Assembly: GCA_913057925.1 (NCBI GenBank)
Contig: CAJXPG010000002.1
Span: 5,387-69,386, forward strand
Reading direction: 5' to 3'
DNA length: 64,000 nucleotides
Source of the DNA: an uncultured Colwellia sp.
GTDB taxonomy: Bacteria; Pseudomonadota; Gammaproteobacteria; Enterobacterales; Alteromonadaceae
Below, in pieces: positions 62,303 to 64,000 of this stretch; the first letter of the stretch is position 1; every line of letters begins with the position of its first letter. The translations under genes and the position numbers were made by a program. The notes under the pieces are model-generated. The model worked only from the letters and a program-made list of their open reading frames with translations, had not been told where the DNA came from and made no database searches.

Positions 62303-64000
62303 ATGTTATCTGATAAGTTGAAACAAATTATTCGCCAGTCGTATAAAGCGATAGGTGAAAATTTAACGCATTTTAATCCACGTAAACAACAAACATTCCT
62401 GATTGCTGAAATAGCAAAAACGTTAGCGGGTGAATACAGTAAAGACAGAAAAATAATCACCATAGAAGCAGGAACAGGTACAGGGAAATCTCTCGCTTAC
62501 AGCTTAGGTGCAATTCCCTTAGCATTATCACGCGATAAAAAGGTATGTATTTCTACCGCCACAGTAGCACTTCAAGAACAATTAGTAGATAAGGATTTAC
62601 CCTTCCTAAAAAAGTATGCGGGTATAGACTTTAATTTTACTTTAGCTAAAGGCAGGCAACGCTATGTTTGTCGACAAAAGCTAACACAGGCAGTCACTAC
62701 CAGCTCAGGTAACGAGCCAACACAAGTTGGTTTTACCTTTGCTGAAAAACCAGACGCTAAAGATATTAGAACCCTCAATGCGATGCATAAAGCGCTGCTA
62801 GATGGTACTTGGTTAGGAGATATAGATTCGTGGGAAACGCATTTACCGCAACACATTTGGCAACAGGTACAAAGCGATAAACACAGCTGTTTAAAGCATT
62901 TATCAGAACATAACCACTGCCCGTTTCATAAAGCGCGAGAAACCATGGAGCAAGCCCATGTATTGGTAGTCAATCACAGTCTACTTTTAGCAGATCTTGA
63001 ACTTGGCGGTGGCAGAATACTTTCTCCGCCTGAAGATACTTTCTATATAATTGACGAAGCCCATCACCTACCCAAGGTGACACGTGACTTTTCTAGTGCC
63101 AGTATAACCCTAAAAGGCTCGATAGATTGGTTAACGAAATTAAGAGAAACGGGTGATAAAATGGCAAAGCTCATTAAGTCACAGCAGGCCATTTCACCCG
63201 CATTGAAATTAAGTGATGACTGTCAAGATTTGCTGATAGAGATGCAAAAGGTATTGAATTTTATTGAAGCAAATGCCAATACTTATTTTGATGAGGGTCA
63301 AGCACAGAGCAACAATCCAAAATATAAACAAAATACGCAAAAAGATGCGCTAGTTTATCGTTTTGAAAATGGCATCATACCAACGACATTAAAAAATTGG
63401 GCTGAAGATTTACAAGCACTCAGTAAAAAGTCGCTTGGGCACTTGAACAAGCTATACAACGCCTTAATAGAATCGGTAAAAGATGGTGATACTCAGATGT
63501 ATTTAGCTGAGCCATTACTTGCTGAAGCAGGTTTTTTGCTACAAAGGCTCGAGAATTTTCAATCACTGTGGTTTATGTACTCAAAAACAGACAGTGAAAA
63601 AGCAGCGCCCATGGCTCGATGGCTCGAAAGACTTGATCATAAGCGATTAGATTACTTGCTTTGCGCTTCACCGATAGAAGTTGGTTTTACCTTAGAAGAT
63701 ATGCTGTGGAGTCAATGCGAAGGTGCGGTGTTATGCTCGGCAACTTTAAGAGCGCTAAATTCTTTTGATCACTTTAGATTTCAAGCGGGTCTAAGAAATA
63801 ATGACGGTAGTCAATATCAGCAAGTAGATTCCCCTTTTGACTATCAAAACAAAGCTAAACTTGTCGTAGCCAATATGACACATGAAGCTAGTGCTAGCGA
63901 ATTTACTGATGAAGTCATTGATAAATTACCTGATTACTTGAAACAAGGTAGTGCGAGTTTAGTGTTATTTTCATCATATTGGCAGATGAATAAAGTCGCC
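62303..64000 (+). CDS. dinG: ATP-dependent DNA helicase DinG, truncated by window end; not in ORF track
   Basis: Manual translation MLSDKLKQIIRQSY...IEAGTGTGKSLAY...STATVALQEQL...KGRQRYVC...IDEAHHL. Confidence 0.93.
   Translation, partial: MLSDKLKQIIRQSYKAIGENLTHFNPRKQQTFLIAEIAKTLAGEYSKDRKIITIEAGTGTGKSLAYSLGAIPLALSRDKKVCISTATVALQEQLVDKDLPFLKKYAGIDFNFTLAKGRQRYVCRQKLTQAVTTSSGNEPTQVGFTFAEKPDAKDIRTLNAMHKALLDGTWLGDIDSWETHLPQHIWQQVQSDKHSCLKHLSEHNHCPFHKARETMEQAHVLVVNHSLLLADLELGGGRILSPPEDTFYIIDEAHHLPKVTRDFSSASITLKGSIDWLTKLRETGDKMAKLIKSQQAISPALKLSDDCQDLLIEMQKVLNFIEANANTYFDEGQAQSNNPKYKQNTQKDALVYRFENGIIPTTLKNWAEDLQALSKKSLGHLNKLYNALIESVKDGDTQMYLAEPLLAEAGFLLQRLENFQSLWFMYSKTDSEKAAPMARWLERLDHKRLDYLLCASPIEVGFTLEDMLWSQCEGAVLCSATLRALNSFDHFRFQAGLRNNDGSQYQQVDSPFDYQNKAKLVVANMTHEASASEFTDEVIDKLPDYLKQGSASLVLFSSYWQMNKVA

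Overview
AT-rich gammaproteobacterial chromosomal window; gene content and order suggest Alteromonadales, probably Colwellia/Thalassotalea-like (inference). From the left: (i) a complete cheD-containing F7-type chemosensory cluster (1-14092, minus strand) with gene order like Vibrio cholerae cluster III, whose Aer2-type receptor carries an N-terminal 3/3 globin plus four tandem PAS-heme domains; (ii) a nitric oxide reductase accessory cluster (norQ-norE-norF-membrane protein-truncated hemoglobin-norD-dnrP-like, 14372-19227) with no norC/norB catalytic genes, a group I truncated hemoglobin where norCB normally sits, and two FNR/DNR-type boxes; (iii) housekeeping blocks: yciB/yciI, ybbAP/tesA, a Kef-like antiporter, tatD-pilZ-holB-tmk-mltG-pabC-fabF-acpP-fabG-fabD-plsX-rpmF-yceD (no fabH), maf, rluC, rne, two DUF4339-like paralogs, Entner-Doudoroff genes with hexR and pyk, a LytS/LytTR pair, hinT, an M14-family hydrolase, metC, and divergent polB/dinG sharing a perfect LexA box. 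No rRNA, tRNA, CRISPR array or mobile element was recognised. All family assignments come from motif recognition by eye, not from database searches.
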